Shown one piece after another: positions 56,401 to 64,000 of a DNA stretch of 64,000 nt; position 1 is the stretch's first letter, and each line of letters starts with the position of its first letter. The position numbers and the translations under genes were made by a program. The stretch is from a virus (taxonomy: Duplodnaviria > Caudoviricetes), in the IMG/VR virus record IMGVR_UViG_3300021431_000111, positions 13,555-77,554 of that record; one strand, 5' to 3'. The notes beneath the pieces are model-generated. The model was not told the DNA's origin, did no database searches, and saw only the letters and a list, made by a program, of their open reading frames with translations.

Positions 56401-56566
56401 TGCATTGCTTCCATTTCTCAGTCCAATTCAGGGGTTTTCCGTGATTGGATATTGAAAGAGCCTTCATGTTGTTCTGCACTGCTAACTCAACATACTCTTT
56501 TGATTTCGTACAGCTATCTAGTAATGAATATTCATCATGTGCGTGATACATAATATATCCACTCAT
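53426..56566 (-). CDS. dnaE: DNA polymerase III alpha subunit (family C)
   Basis: PHP HAHDEYSLLDS, GTDTH, ARGSVGGS, DIDID, SIHPAG, KYDFL, YQEQ, FGYNHS. Confidence 0.96.
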   Translation of the reverse strand: MSGYIMYHAHDEYSLLDSCTKSKEYVELAVQNNMKALSISNHGKPLNWTEKWKQCKEAGIRYMYSVEIYLTEQLEPKVRDNYHTVLIAKNMDGVKELNSLVSMSCDEEHFYYTNRLSFDEFLNISDNIISTSACLASPLNKISLENPYYEKLVQKYTFLEIQPHNHPDQIVFNKRLFDLSKQYNKPLIVGTDTHSSSKYKAECRAVLLKAKHKSYGDEDAFDLSFKTYDELVEMFKVQDAIPLDKCVKALDNTNLLYDMTEDLELDLSFKYPILYGSQEEDTRIFNETVERKFKEKCDKGVIPPEQIDAFRDAIDDEMRVFHKLNMDGFMLAQSEIICWCKENGMTIGTARGSVGGSRVAYVSDIIDLNPETWHTVFSRFCNEDREELGDIDIDCIESDRPAIFKYIVERFGTNKTARVAAFGTLQEKATIDEIGRALALEWDDKYKEQNPGIDNPFSLNNIAKIKKDYEENPESTRLANKTLFYFFDGLLGTVISQSIHPAGIIISPITLNDNYGQFNKEGEQCLMLDMEEVHEIGLVKYDFLILKTLQVLRDTCKYLGTSYPNTHEIDWNDQDVWENLTKSPAAIFQFESSFAFDSLRRFRPKNIFDLSLVTASIRPTGASYRDELLARKTHKNPSSMIDELLSDSLGFLVYQEQTIAFLQQICGLTGSEADNVRRAIGRKQLDRLEAALPDILNGYCSKSDKPREESEQEAKEFLQVIEDSASYQFGYNHSIAYCLISYLCGYYRYYYPLEFITSYLNNAANDDDIRAGTEYAKLANIRITMPKWGYSKSEYYYDKETNVIAKGLSSIKYMSKKTTNALYDIANKYKFKNFVDVIKMLTSEAVIDTRQLDILIKIDFFSEFGNQRELLYIVDLFFNLLKKGEAKQIKRDKADESPIAEIIQKYSSDRNKDGSPSASYKIIDMDMILKEMEACVKKANMEDLSLTEKVKNFEEVAGYVGYTTGKEEDRRKLFITDLKPLKRKKDGKQFGYSFYTKSIGSGVESRFTVFNSMYNLIPVSKGDIVYCKSFSREGAFFTMKEYSKIT

Positions 56567-56805
56567 TCTTGATTGCCTCCTTCAAAGATACTAAATACTA
56601 ATTTTGTCAACTCATCCATATCTAGTCTGTATGCGTCTTCTGGTATTGGTTGATCTTCTTGGTACAGTAGTATTTCGTGGCCACACCAAATGATCTCTTC
56701 CACTGGCCCAGTTAATTGGTATGATCTCACGATTCTTCCGTCATACCAATGAGTAATTAATTTGATAAAATCTTCTAGCTCTTCACATGTGCCAATTACC
56801 TTCAT
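56563..56805 (-). CDS. Hypothetical protein
   Basis: Coupled to the dnaE start. Confidence 0.6.
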   Translation of the reverse strand: MKVIGTCEELEDFIKLITHWYDGRIVRSYQLTGPVEEIIWCGHEILLYQEDQPIPEDAYRLDMDELTKLVFSIFEGGNQE

Positions 56806-56816
56806 AACAAACCTCT

Positions 56817-57605
56817 TTATTCAATAATAACAGCGCATCTTCCGCATGCGTCATATACACTCCACAATTGATACAAATCAATCTCATTCATATCAGATTG
56901 CGGATTATTGATGTAAGCAATTGCGCGTTCCTTATCATATCCAGTCAATACTACGCAATGAGATCCCCATTGTGAGTGGTACTCCTGACCGTTGTAATAA
57001 TCAACGGTTCCATCGAAACTTATATTGGTTGTAAATGTTTCGTTCACCCATAAAATGACTGGGCAACCATTATTTATGTATTCCAACAACTCATCAAACG
57101 CTTTTCCACTTACATCTTTTGAATGAAATTCAGATTTCATTTGCTCTAAAAATAGATTTGCGGTATCTACAAGGGCCGGAGGCCACATTAAAGCACCGTC
57201 TTTACTATAAGGACTCCCTTTAAATCCGACTTGATAATCTGATCTCCAGTATTGTAAATACCCGTCTACAAGTTTGGTCTTGTCAATATCATACCCATAA
57301 TAGTTTAATACCATTGTTAGTGCTGTTGCTTCGCATCCGGTAGGCAATTCAGGGTTTTGTAAAACTAACGGAACATCTAAAACTTTTGTCGTCATATCTT
57401 CTCCCGTTGTAATTGATTCTTGCTCTTTTGTATAGTCAACTACTACAGAACTTCGAGAGTGTCCTAAATCTGTTTCTGAAATATTCACAAACGAAACTCT
57501 GTATATTGCATAAAAAATGCCGATTATAATAAGTATGCAAACGATAACCATGATATTAATGCGGAGCTCTTTTGAATCCTCTTCGTATTTATTCATCTTC
57601 TGCAA
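56817..57605 (-). CDS. Membrane-anchored C39-like cysteine peptidase
   Basis: N-terminal TM helix; LQNPELPTGCEATAL (Cys), HCVVLTGYD (His/Asp). Confidence 0.85.
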   Translation of the reverse strand: MQKMNKYEEDSKELRINIMVIVCILIIIGIFYAIYRVSFVNISETDLGHSRSSVVVDYTKEQESITTGEDMTTKVLDVPLVLQNPELPTGCEATALTMVLNYYGYDIDKTKLVDGYLQYWRSDYQVGFKGSPYSKDGALMWPPALVDTANLFLEQMKSEFHSKDVSGKAFDELLEYINNGCPVILWVNETFTTNISFDGTVDYYNGQEYHSQWGSHCVVLTGYDKERAIAYINNPQSDMNEIDLYQLWSVYDACGRCAVIIE

Positions 57606-57753
57606 ACCCCATTTCTTCTAATAATTCTTTTTCTAAAACATTTAGATCTGCTAATTGTTTATTAAGCTGCATGCTACTTATTAATTGATAAACAAAGAGT
57701 CCGATAACTATTAACAGAAAAACTATTACACCGATTATTTTATATATTTGCAT
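57589..57753 (-). CDS. Small single-TM protein
   Basis: MQIYKIIGVIVFLLIVIGLFVY…; GGAG SD. Confidence 0.55.
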   Translation of the reverse strand: MQIYKIIGVIVFLLIVIGLFVYQLISSMQLNKQLADLNVLEKELLEEMGFAEDE

Positions 57754-57766
57754 CTCATCACTCCTT

Positions 57767-58309
57767 TCATTCAGAATCGATTTTTGCGTAGATGTCGCAA
57801 TACGTACTGTCAAATCCGTCATCAACTTTTTCGAGAAACCACGGCTGATTTACAACCTCTTTGTAATAAGTAGGCCAGTTTCCACCACCAATCCTTGCGT
57901 GGATGTATAACACGTTGTCTTTTCCGGCATACTTATTCCATACTTCATATTGCTTTTTAAATTTATTCTTTTCGTTATGAATTGCTGTCTTTAATTCTCT
58001 TCGCTTCCACCCATGAATCAGCTTCCAACGGACGTATTCAGTGCCGTCCTTGTCTTTACTGATATATTGTTCCTCAAGCCAGTCTGTATAGCTATCGTAT
58101 TGAGAACAACTACTTCTGTAACTCCAGAACGGACATTTGTGAACAAGTCTTCGAACAATTTCGACGTCCATTCCTTCATATAATTCATTGATGTCAACTA
58201 CTTCTTCATCTTTCATTAATCGATATCCTCTTAATCGAGGCACATGAATGTTATTTTTCTTGGCTACCTCTTCGAGGATTTCAATATTGCTATATGCACC
58301 TAAATCCAT
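57767..58309 (-). CDS. Hypothetical protein
   Basis: MDLGAY…IHARIGGGNW…DSTYCDIYAKI; GGAGG SD. Confidence 0.7.
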   Translation of the reverse strand: MDLGAYSNIEILEEVAKKNNIHVPRLRGYRLMKDEEVVDINELYEGMDVEIVRRLVHKCPFWSYRSSCSQYDSYTDWLEEQYISKDKDGTEYVRWKLIHGWKRRELKTAIHNEKNKFKKQYEVWNKYAGKDNVLYIHARIGGGNWPTYYKEVVNQPWFLEKVDDGFDSTYCDIYAKIDSE

Positions 58310-58323
58310 AACGTCCTCCGTGT

Positions 58324-58476
58324 TTAATTAGACGGCTCATTCATATCCAAAACACAGACACAATCTCCACACGCGCCATCCTGAATATAAACCTTTCCGT
58401 TCTTTTCAAAGCACACGAGCTGTCCGTCTTTAATTGCCTGCTTTATTGCTACCGGGTCAATTGGTTTCTTTTTCAT
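58324..58476 (-). CDS. Small hypothetical protein (50 aa, absent from ORF track)
   Basis: MKKKPIDPVAIKQAIKDGQL…; GGAG SD. Confidence 0.55.
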   Translation of the reverse strand: MKKKPIDPVAIKQAIKDGQLVCFEKNGKVYIQDGACGDCVCVLDMNEPSN

Positions 58477-58870
58477 CTGTTGTTATCTCCATAATTCGAT
58501 TCATTTCTTGCTTCATTTGTTGCACTTCGCTCTTCCAATTTAATATTAAATAAAGCAAATCATCAGAATGATAATGTCCTACCATGCACCAATCTTGCGT
58601 ATCATAGTATTTATAATGGTGTGGATTGAAGCCACATTCCTCGTTATCCATAAACTCTACGCCTTCTTTGTCGAATATCACGTATCTTGGATCGAGTAAG
58701 TAAATGTCGATTCCTCCGGTATTACAAATCCACAGTTCGTATCTTGGCTGATTTGAGCCGTTAATATCATACAGATAGCTGCCTAATTCAATATTTAAAA
58801 GTCCTTCTATCTGAAAAAGAAGTTCGTCATGTACTGCTTTTCTTATTTTTTCTGTATTGTATTTCATCAT
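58457..58870 (-). CDS. Hypothetical protein
   Basis: True start likely ATG 58870 (ATGA overlap with the upstream small gene). Confidence 0.6.
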   Translation of the reverse strand: MMKYNTEKIRKAVHDELLFQIEGLLNIELGSYLYDINGSNQPRYELWICNTGGIDIYLLDPRYVIFDKEGVEFMDNEECGFNPHHYKYYDTQDWCMVGHYHSDDLLYLILNWKSEVQQMKQEMNRIMEITTDEKETN

Positions 58871-59040
58871 TTTTCTACTTTCTGCCATCTCGGACAAATA
58901 AAATGGAGCTGCTCGTCTCCACCTCGTTCTGCCCATTCGCACATTCGTAACGGACTTATTTTGTTTATGCAGTTTTTGCATCCTCTATATCCAAGTTTCC
59001 TTCTTAACTTTTGGATGTCCTTATCTGTGACATGTAGCAT
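58867..59040 (-). CDS. Small Cys-rich protein (57 aa, absent from ORF track)
   Basis: MLHVTDKDIQKLRRKLGYRGCKNC…C…CPRW; AAGGAG SD. Confidence 0.6.
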   Translation of the reverse strand: MLHVTDKDIQKLRRKLGYRGCKNCINKISPLRMCEWAERGGDEQLHFICPRWQKVEK

Positions 59041-59074
59041 TGTTGATACTCCTTTTATTTCGGCGTATTTGTTA

Positions 59075-59404
59075 TTATTTATCGCCGTTCAGAATCGCGT
59101 CTAGCGCATCGAAAAAGTCATCAATATAATTAATGTGCTCATATGTATATGTAATTTCGTCCGTGCTTACCTCCTCAATGCACCCGAGATCTGTGTATAC
59201 AAAAATCGAAGAATGTTCTCCGCCGTTGCATATTAATACAATTGCATTTGTGTCATCATCGAAAGTAACAATATCTCCTGGCTTGAATTTCGCCTTTGGA
59301 ACATATTTATCTACCGCATTATGTATACAATCACAGCACGGATAATCCTTTTCACCGCGTTTGTCGTATATACAATCAAAACAACTATTGAATTCTGCTG
59401 ACAT
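59075..59404 (-). CDS. Hypothetical protein with Cys cluster
   Basis: CFDCIY…PCCDC followed by FKPGDIV. Confidence 0.65.
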   Translation of the reverse strand: MSAEFNSCFDCIYDKRGEKDYPCCDCIHNAVDKYVPKAKFKPGDIVTFDDDTNAIVLICNGGEHSSIFVYTDLGCIEEVSTDEITYTYEHINYIDDFFDALDAILNGDK

Positions 59405-59713
59405 TTACACTACCTCTCTTTCTGCTAGCGTTAGAAATCCTTTACACACTGTTATCGAGCCGTTTTTATCAACTTCGTAATCCAAATGTTCCACAAGGTT
59501 GTCTAACATATTATTTACCAACACCTCTTTAATATGTTTATCGTTTATAAAGTCATAATCTTGAGTTGCGTACGATTTGACCGAACTAATTTGTTTTAAA
59601 CTAATATCGAGAATTAGCGGGTTGTCTAAAAACCTCAGCTCTCCATTTGGAAACATTTTTCTGGCCAGCCAAAATTTAAAATGCCTCCATTTTCTTCTTG
59701 CTTTATATCTCAT
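59405..59713 (-). CDS. Hypothetical protein
   Basis: GGAGGT SD. Confidence 0.6.
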   Translation of the reverse strand: MRYKARRKWRHFKFWLARKMFPNGELRFLDNPLILDISLKQISSVKSYATQDYDFINDKHIKEVLVNNMLDNLVEHLDYEVDKNGSITVCKGFLTLAEREVV

Positions 59714-59719
59714 ATGTAA

Positions 59720-60091
59720 TTACCTCCATGCTCGAACGCCATTTGGTATGTATGCTTCTTCGTCTGAAATCCTATACGGAGCGACTGTTTCTCCATGCAA
59801 GGGCTCGCCTGTCGCAGCACAGATAAGCTGAACACTTCCAACCGCTAACGCAGCTTTTGAAATCGCATACCGTACATACCTTGGTTTTGGATCTACTCCA
59901 TTAAAAGTATCTTTTAAAAATTCCATCTCGATTAGGATTGTATTCCCACAATCATCTAGGAACTTTATTGATTTTGGCTCTGCATATAACTTCAAGCCTC
60001 CTATGTATCGCAATTCCTCTCCTCTGAATCTCAACAAGTTTTCAAACTTGTTCATCATATGTGACTGAAAATGCTTTCTTGATGAGTACAT
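59720..60091 (-). CDS. Hypothetical protein
   Basis: Co-oriented ORF downstream of primase. Confidence 0.55.
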   Translation of the reverse strand: MYSSRKHFQSHMMNKFENLLRFRGEELRYIGGLKLYAEPKSIKFLDDCGNTILIEMEFLKDTFNGVDPKPRYVRYAISKAALAVGSVQLICAATGEPLHGETVAPYRISDEEAYIPNGVRAWR

Positions 60092-60111
60092 ATACTTGCG
60101 AACACCTCCGT

Positions 60112-61128
60112 TTATAATTTTATTCTTTGTTCAAATAACTTCCTGAACACTTCTTCTCCCATATCAACTGGAGACATTTTTGGATCTGGCAAAAGCCCTT
60201 CTTTATCAAATAAGTAGTAGACATTAATGTATTTTTTCAGCATCATTATGTGTTTATCTTGCATAACATCGATTTCTTTATCTAAAGCGAATGTAACCGC
60301 GATATTATGCTTCGAACATAGACTTAATAAAATTCCAGTTTGGTTCACTGATAAGTGGCTTGTGAGGATAGCTCCGCAATCCCTTATGCCCCAAGCGTTT
60401 GCGAGCATAACTGACTTCGCACCCTCGAAAATCGTCAAATTATGGGTAGATAAAATACCTGTTTTATTCAGTAACGATTCGTATAGGCCGTAAATTACGT
60501 TAATTGTTCCCCAACTTTGATAGTAGTTGTACTTTCTCAGTCCTTTTTGTTTCCAATCGGGGTCGAGTGTTCTTCCACCGATGTTTACAATCTTTCCGTC
60601 TAGGTTTCGGATAGGATATACAAGTCTATTGGCAAATGGATCATACTTAACCTGATGTTCCTCTAAAATTTCTAAAGGAATTCCTTCATTTACCCATACA
60701 TTTAAGTGGTCATCGGTTATATACTTGTCCATGCAAGTCTCCGGCAAGACTTTGGCGGTACTTTCTTTCTGATTTGATTTCTTTTTCTTGTATTTTTTGC
60801 AAATCTTTGTGGCCGGTAATCTTTTCCTCTGACAAATAGAGTTTCCATCGGCCCCGCAATACTCCAAGAGCTTGTCAAATGCCTCTTTAGTGGAAATGTT
60901 GTAATACATTTTCAAAAAATCGATTACATTTCCGCCTCTTCCAGTAGAGAAACAGTAAAAAACATGCTTTTCCGGGTCTACTGAAAAGGAAGGGGTGTTC
61001 TCCTCTTGAAAAGGAGTCAACCCCCACCACTCTCGATCTCTTTGCTCAAGCTCTGTGTATTGTCCAAAGAAATCTAATACGTCAACTGATTCCAATAGCT
61101 CTTGTACATCCATTCCTAGTCCTCTCAA
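60112..61128 (-). CDS. dnaG: DNA primase (DnaG-like)
   Basis: ZBD-like PF..E.TPSF…FYCF..G.GG; RLVYPI…GGR…KY; TOPRIM IFEG…ALD. Confidence 0.88.
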   Translation of the reverse strand: MRGLGMDVQELLESVDVLDFFGQYTELEQRDREWWGLTPFQEENTPSFSVDPEKHVFYCFSTGRGGNVIDFLKMYYNISTKEAFDKLLEYCGADGNSICQRKRLPATKICKKYKKKKSNQKESTAKVLPETCMDKYITDDHLNVWVNEGIPLEILEEHQVKYDPFANRLVYPIRNLDGKIVNIGGRTLDPDWKQKGLRKYNYYQSWGTINVIYGLYESLLNKTGILSTHNLTIFEGAKSVMLANAWGIRDCGAILTSHLSVNQTGILLSLCSKHNIAVTFALDKEIDVMQDKHIMMLKKYINVYYLFDKEGLLPDPKMSPVDMGEEVFRKLFEQRIKL

Positions 61129-62444
61129 TATGGCGATTTTGGTTCGTGTTGCTTTGCTTCTTCGAATAAAATTAAATTGCCGTTAAAATCCAAGTCTATG
61201 TATTCTCCTGGCGAATGTTGCATACCAGTTCTGTTTAACGAAACAATTAATTTTTTATTTCCGCATTCAACCCCGTCTTCCAAAATCTCTTCTGGCGTTT
61301 TATCTATCAGCATTAAGATGGTAGATGCGTTTCTGGCAATTTTTGCAGAGTCTGCAAGCCTCGTTCCTCCGTTTGCTGCTTGGGCAGCTGCAAGTCCCGC
61401 TATTGACATCGCTCCGCAAATCTCATTCTTTACCATATCGACAAGCCTTCCTAACTGTGCATAGTTTGTGTATGCCTCAAGAGAATCGCCAGACTTAAAG
61501 TAGTCTACAATCAACACATCAATAGGCATAACGTGGTTGATTTTCTTCACAGCCGTATAAATTCCTTCAATGTCGAAGAACGGCATATATAAATGAACTA
61601 ATTTTCTGCTCTTTAACCACTCCTTTGTTGTGTTGATTTTTTCCTTTTCCTCCGTGGTATAATTACCAGATTTGATTCGAGTAAATTCGATTCCGGTCAT
61701 ATGAGACATCAATCTCGTTAGCCACATCCTCGAATTCAACTCGCTATCAATATAAAAAACCGCCTTGTCTTCTCGAAGAAGCTGTGCTGCGCAATTCATT
61801 AGGAACATACTCTTGCCGGATTTCATTAATGCTCCAACAACAACTAGCTCTCCTTTTTCTATAGTGACGTATTCATTTAACGTTGGAAATTTGAATGCCA
61901 TTCCCGCGTTTTTGCCGTCTTGTCTGTCTTCAATCTCTTTCCAGAGGTCATCGACAACATCCTTGAACTGCGGAATGGTTCCGTTAACGGAATATCCAAG
62001 CATTACATCATCGATTACTCGGTAAATTTCCTGCTCGATATTCTCGCTTTCTCCTGTAAAACAGAGAGACTCGCACTCCTTGAGTCTCTCGTATATATCT
62101 CTTCTAAATGCGGCGTCAATTACCTTGGATACCATGAGTCTGTACTCTTCAAGGGAGTGCCTTGCAACCATACCGCTTACTTCGATTAATTCCTGCAATT
62201 CGTCGATAGTTATAGACGTGTCGTCTTTCAATACTTCTCTTATATTGAACTCGTCAATCTTCTTAATGTCTCTTCTAGCGAGTTCTGTAATTGCTTCATA
62301 CACTTCACGATTCGTTTTCTCTATAAAGTGTTCTGGCAGCAGATTCTCAGACTGAAATACGTAATCAGGGTGATGAATTAATGTAGCTATAATTCCAGAT
62401 TCGCTTTCAATCGCATTGATGTCTTTAACGTTCGATGTTACCAC
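61125..62444 (-). CDS. dnaB: Replicative DNA helicase (DnaB-like)
   Basis: N-terminal ESGIIATL, Walker A GALMKSGKS, LIVDY, AAQ, ADSAKIARNAS. Confidence 0.9.
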   Translation of the reverse strand: MVTSNVKDINAIESESGIIATLIHHPDYVFQSENLLPEHFIEKTNREVYEAITELARRDIKKIDEFNIREVLKDDTSITIDELQELIEVSGMVARHSLEEYRLMVSKVIDAAFRRDIYERLKECESLCFTGESENIEQEIYRVIDDVMLGYSVNGTIPQFKDVVDDLWKEIEDRQDGKNAGMAFKFPTLNEYVTIEKGELVVVGALMKSGKSMFLMNCAAQLLREDKAVFYIDSELNSRMWLTRLMSHMTGIEFTRIKSGNYTTEEKEKINTTKEWLKSRKLVHLYMPFFDIEGIYTAVKKINHVMPIDVLIVDYFKSGDSLEAYTNYAQLGRLVDMVKNEICGAMSIAGLAAAQAANGGTRLADSAKIARNASTILMLIDKTPEEILEDGVECGNKKLIVSLNRTGMQHSPGEYIDLDFNGNLILFEEAKQHEPKSPY

Positions 62445-63238
62445 TCCCTTTCATCCAAATAGATCTCGCACTTATTGTGCAACCCGCACAGATAATTGCA
62501 TTTGAAGTAATCGTAGTCTTCATCGTCCCAAATAAGATTCTCTTCAATCTCTTTTACAGACTCGGTTACCCATAACTTTGCTTCTTCATATCGTTTCGGA
62601 TCAAAAGGCTCGATAATAAATTGCCTATTCTTAAAGCAGTTGAAGCATAGTGCCTTAGGAAGTTTTCCGTATTCCTGTTCTACTGCAACTGCGTATATGT
62701 ATAACTGTCTAAGCATTTCATCGAGTTCTTTATCCTTTATTGTCGGCTTTGCGCGTTTACTTCTAGGTTTCAAGTCTCTCGATTTATTGTCGACAATATA
62801 AAAATCCCCGTCTTTCTCTCCTAGGTAGTCAATGATCCCGGTAAATGGAATGCCGTCGATGTTGAAATCAATTTTCTTTTCGACGGCAACCATATTAAAC
62901 GGGAAGGGCTGGAAACCTTTTAAGTATTCAACGCCCTTTTCTATATATGACGAACTTTTAATGTTCGCAGGCCTCGTACCCTTGACCTCATCGGAGTATC
63001 TCAGCAGGAATTCCGTCAGCATTTCATCTTTCGTTAATTCCCCGTTGTAAAACCCCTCAATAATCTTATGCATGAAGCTTCCGTATGATGAGTAGAACAT
63101 CTCTTCTTCGTTCCATTCCCTTATGTATCTTAAAAAGAATTTCCACTTGCATGATTTGAACGCTTCTATTCTTGAATAACTCCATACAAAATCTTGAATA
63201 AGAGGCTTATAGCTGATGATTTCCTCTGTCATTACCAC
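62438..63238 (-). CDS. PD-(D/E)XK nuclease (RecB/Cas4-like)
   Basis: WSYSR…C; GIIDY…IVDNKS; QLYIY; C-terminal C..LC…C. Confidence 0.85.
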   Translation of the reverse strand: MVMTEEIISYKPLIQDFVWSYSRIEAFKSCKWKFFLRYIREWNEEEMFYSSYGSFMHKIIEGFYNGELTKDEMLTEFLLRYSDEVKGTRPANIKSSSYIEKGVEYLKGFQPFPFNMVAVEKKIDFNIDGIPFTGIIDYLGEKDGDFYIVDNKSRDLKPRSKRAKPTIKDKELDEMLRQLYIYAVAVEQEYGKLPKALCFNCFKNRQFIIEPFDPKRYEEAKLWVTESVKEIEENLIWDDEDYDYFKCNYLCGLHNKCEIYLDEREW

Positions 63239-63612
63239 GGAAGTCCTTCTTCTTCATCAACCTCATCAACATTAGAAATTTCCGGATCGACATAATTCAT
63301 AACATCATCAGTCGTCTTCTGTTCTACCTTTTCAAATGAAAAGATGTTGAAATTAGTGTATGTCTTTTCCTTTTCTTTGACGTACGTTGTACAAACCTCG
63401 ACATCTCCAAGTTTGATTCTGTCCTTTACCTGAAGAGCTCTCGCTGCTTTCGCAGCAGTTTCCCCGATACAAGCACAAAAACCGCTGAAGTCCTGAATAT
63501 ATTCATCACTTCCTTTTGGTTTCTTGCTTGTACTGATACGTATCTGTGTCACCTTTTCACTCTTTGGAGACACGTCCCACACTGTTGCATAAGCACCACT
63601 TCGAAATCCCAT
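63232..63612 (-). CDS. ssb: Single-stranded DNA-binding protein
   Basis: OB-like beta pattern, acidic tail DEVDEEEGLPW. Confidence 0.75.
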   Translation of the reverse strand: MGFRSGAYATVWDVSPKSEKVTQIRISTSKKPKGSDEYIQDFSGFCACIGETAAKAARALQVKDRIKLGDVEVCTTYVKEKEKTYTNFNIFSFEKVEQKTTDDVMNYVDPEISNVDEVDEEEGLPW

Positions 63613-63616
63613 GCTG

Positions 63617-64000
63617 TTATTCCTCCTTATTTCCTGCTAATTTCTTAACATCGTCGAGCATTTTCTTTGCAAGTTTTGGTTCTTCAATCTTCAAGTAATT
63701 TCCGCTCTTGATGTATTTCTTACTAAGTTTCGTTAATTCCTCTTTTGCTTTTTCGAAATCCGCACTTTCCGTTACGTACTTCTTTGCAACTTCGTCAATC
63801 TGTGCTGTGATTTCTTTAGCAAGAAGAAGATCTTCCTCTTTTTCCGCAGATTTCTGTTTCGATCTCCAGTTATCTGGATCGTCCTCAACAGTTGCGATAT
63901 TGAAGAATTTCAACAAGAAGTATCTTGTACAGTATGTAAGGCCGGAGCCAAAAGCCTGAGACGCATCTGCTTGCTGGCCAGTGAAAAACCACGGAACCTC
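63617..64000 (-). CDS. erf: ERF-family single-strand annealing protein (5'-truncated)
   Basis: Frame open from 64000: …DASQAFGSGLTYCTRYFLLKFFNIAT.EDDPD. Confidence 0.85.
   Translation of the reverse strand, partial: EVPWFFTGQQADASQAFGSGLTYCTRYFLLKFFNIATVEDDPDNWRSKQKSAEKEEDLLLAKEITAQIDEVAKKYVTESADFEKAKEELTKLSKKYIKSGNYLKIEEPKLAKKMLDDVKKLAGNKEE

Noticed and set aside
47741-56566. Inteins or introns in nrdD or dnaE
   Set aside because: Both have ordinary lengths and continuous motifs.
363-63959. Numerous short antisense or nested ORFs in the track (e.g. 363-665, 3246-3593, 14057-14518, 47229-47627, 55347-56072)
   Set aside because: They overlap well-supported genes on the opposite strand or in another frame, and lack SD sequences and recognisable motifs.
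1-64000. CRISPR array
   Set aside because: No repeat-spacer pattern seen; all tandem repeats found are coding (LRR, PAPK) or att arm sites.
1-64000. Stop-codon reassignment
   Set aside because: Large genes are intact under the standard code, and no suppressor tRNA is present.

Overview
The window is part of a large temperate siphovirus-type (long non-contractile tail) phage genome, probably of an anaerobic Bacillota host (inferred from class III RNR, Firmicute-type SD sequences and tRNAs, and a phiLC3-type holin). Left arm (+ strand, 1-43511): terminase large subunit (5'-truncated), portal, prohead protease/scaffold, head decoration protein, major capsid, neck and tail genes, a 2133-aa tape measure protein, Dit/Tal, and a long modular adhesin region (26-42 kb). 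That region holds two BspA-type LRR fibres flanking a GT2 glycosyltransferase, duplicated adaptor genes, a second head-decoration paralogue and four genes sharing an N-terminal 'WxTGDxIxxxKLNxIExGI' module, interleaved with holin and endolysin. The arm ends in a tyrosine integrase. An intact attP with a tRNA-Ser 3' core (43567-43592) sits where the arms converge, so this looks like the excised/virion form rather than an integrated prophage. Right arm (- strand): two metallophosphoesterases, NrdD, a ClpP-like protein, three tRNAs embedded in further structured RNA, a papain-like protease, DnaE, a membrane-anchored C39-like peptidase, primase, DnaB, PD-(D/E)XK nuclease, SSB and a truncated ERF recombinase. 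Best leads: the shared-anchor/variable-payload gene family with a second cement protein, possible virion glycosylation, hypervariable 69-bp LRR repeats, and several unexplained structured RNAs including an anticodon-less tRNA mimic. All protein calls come from motif recognition and gene order; no database search was run.
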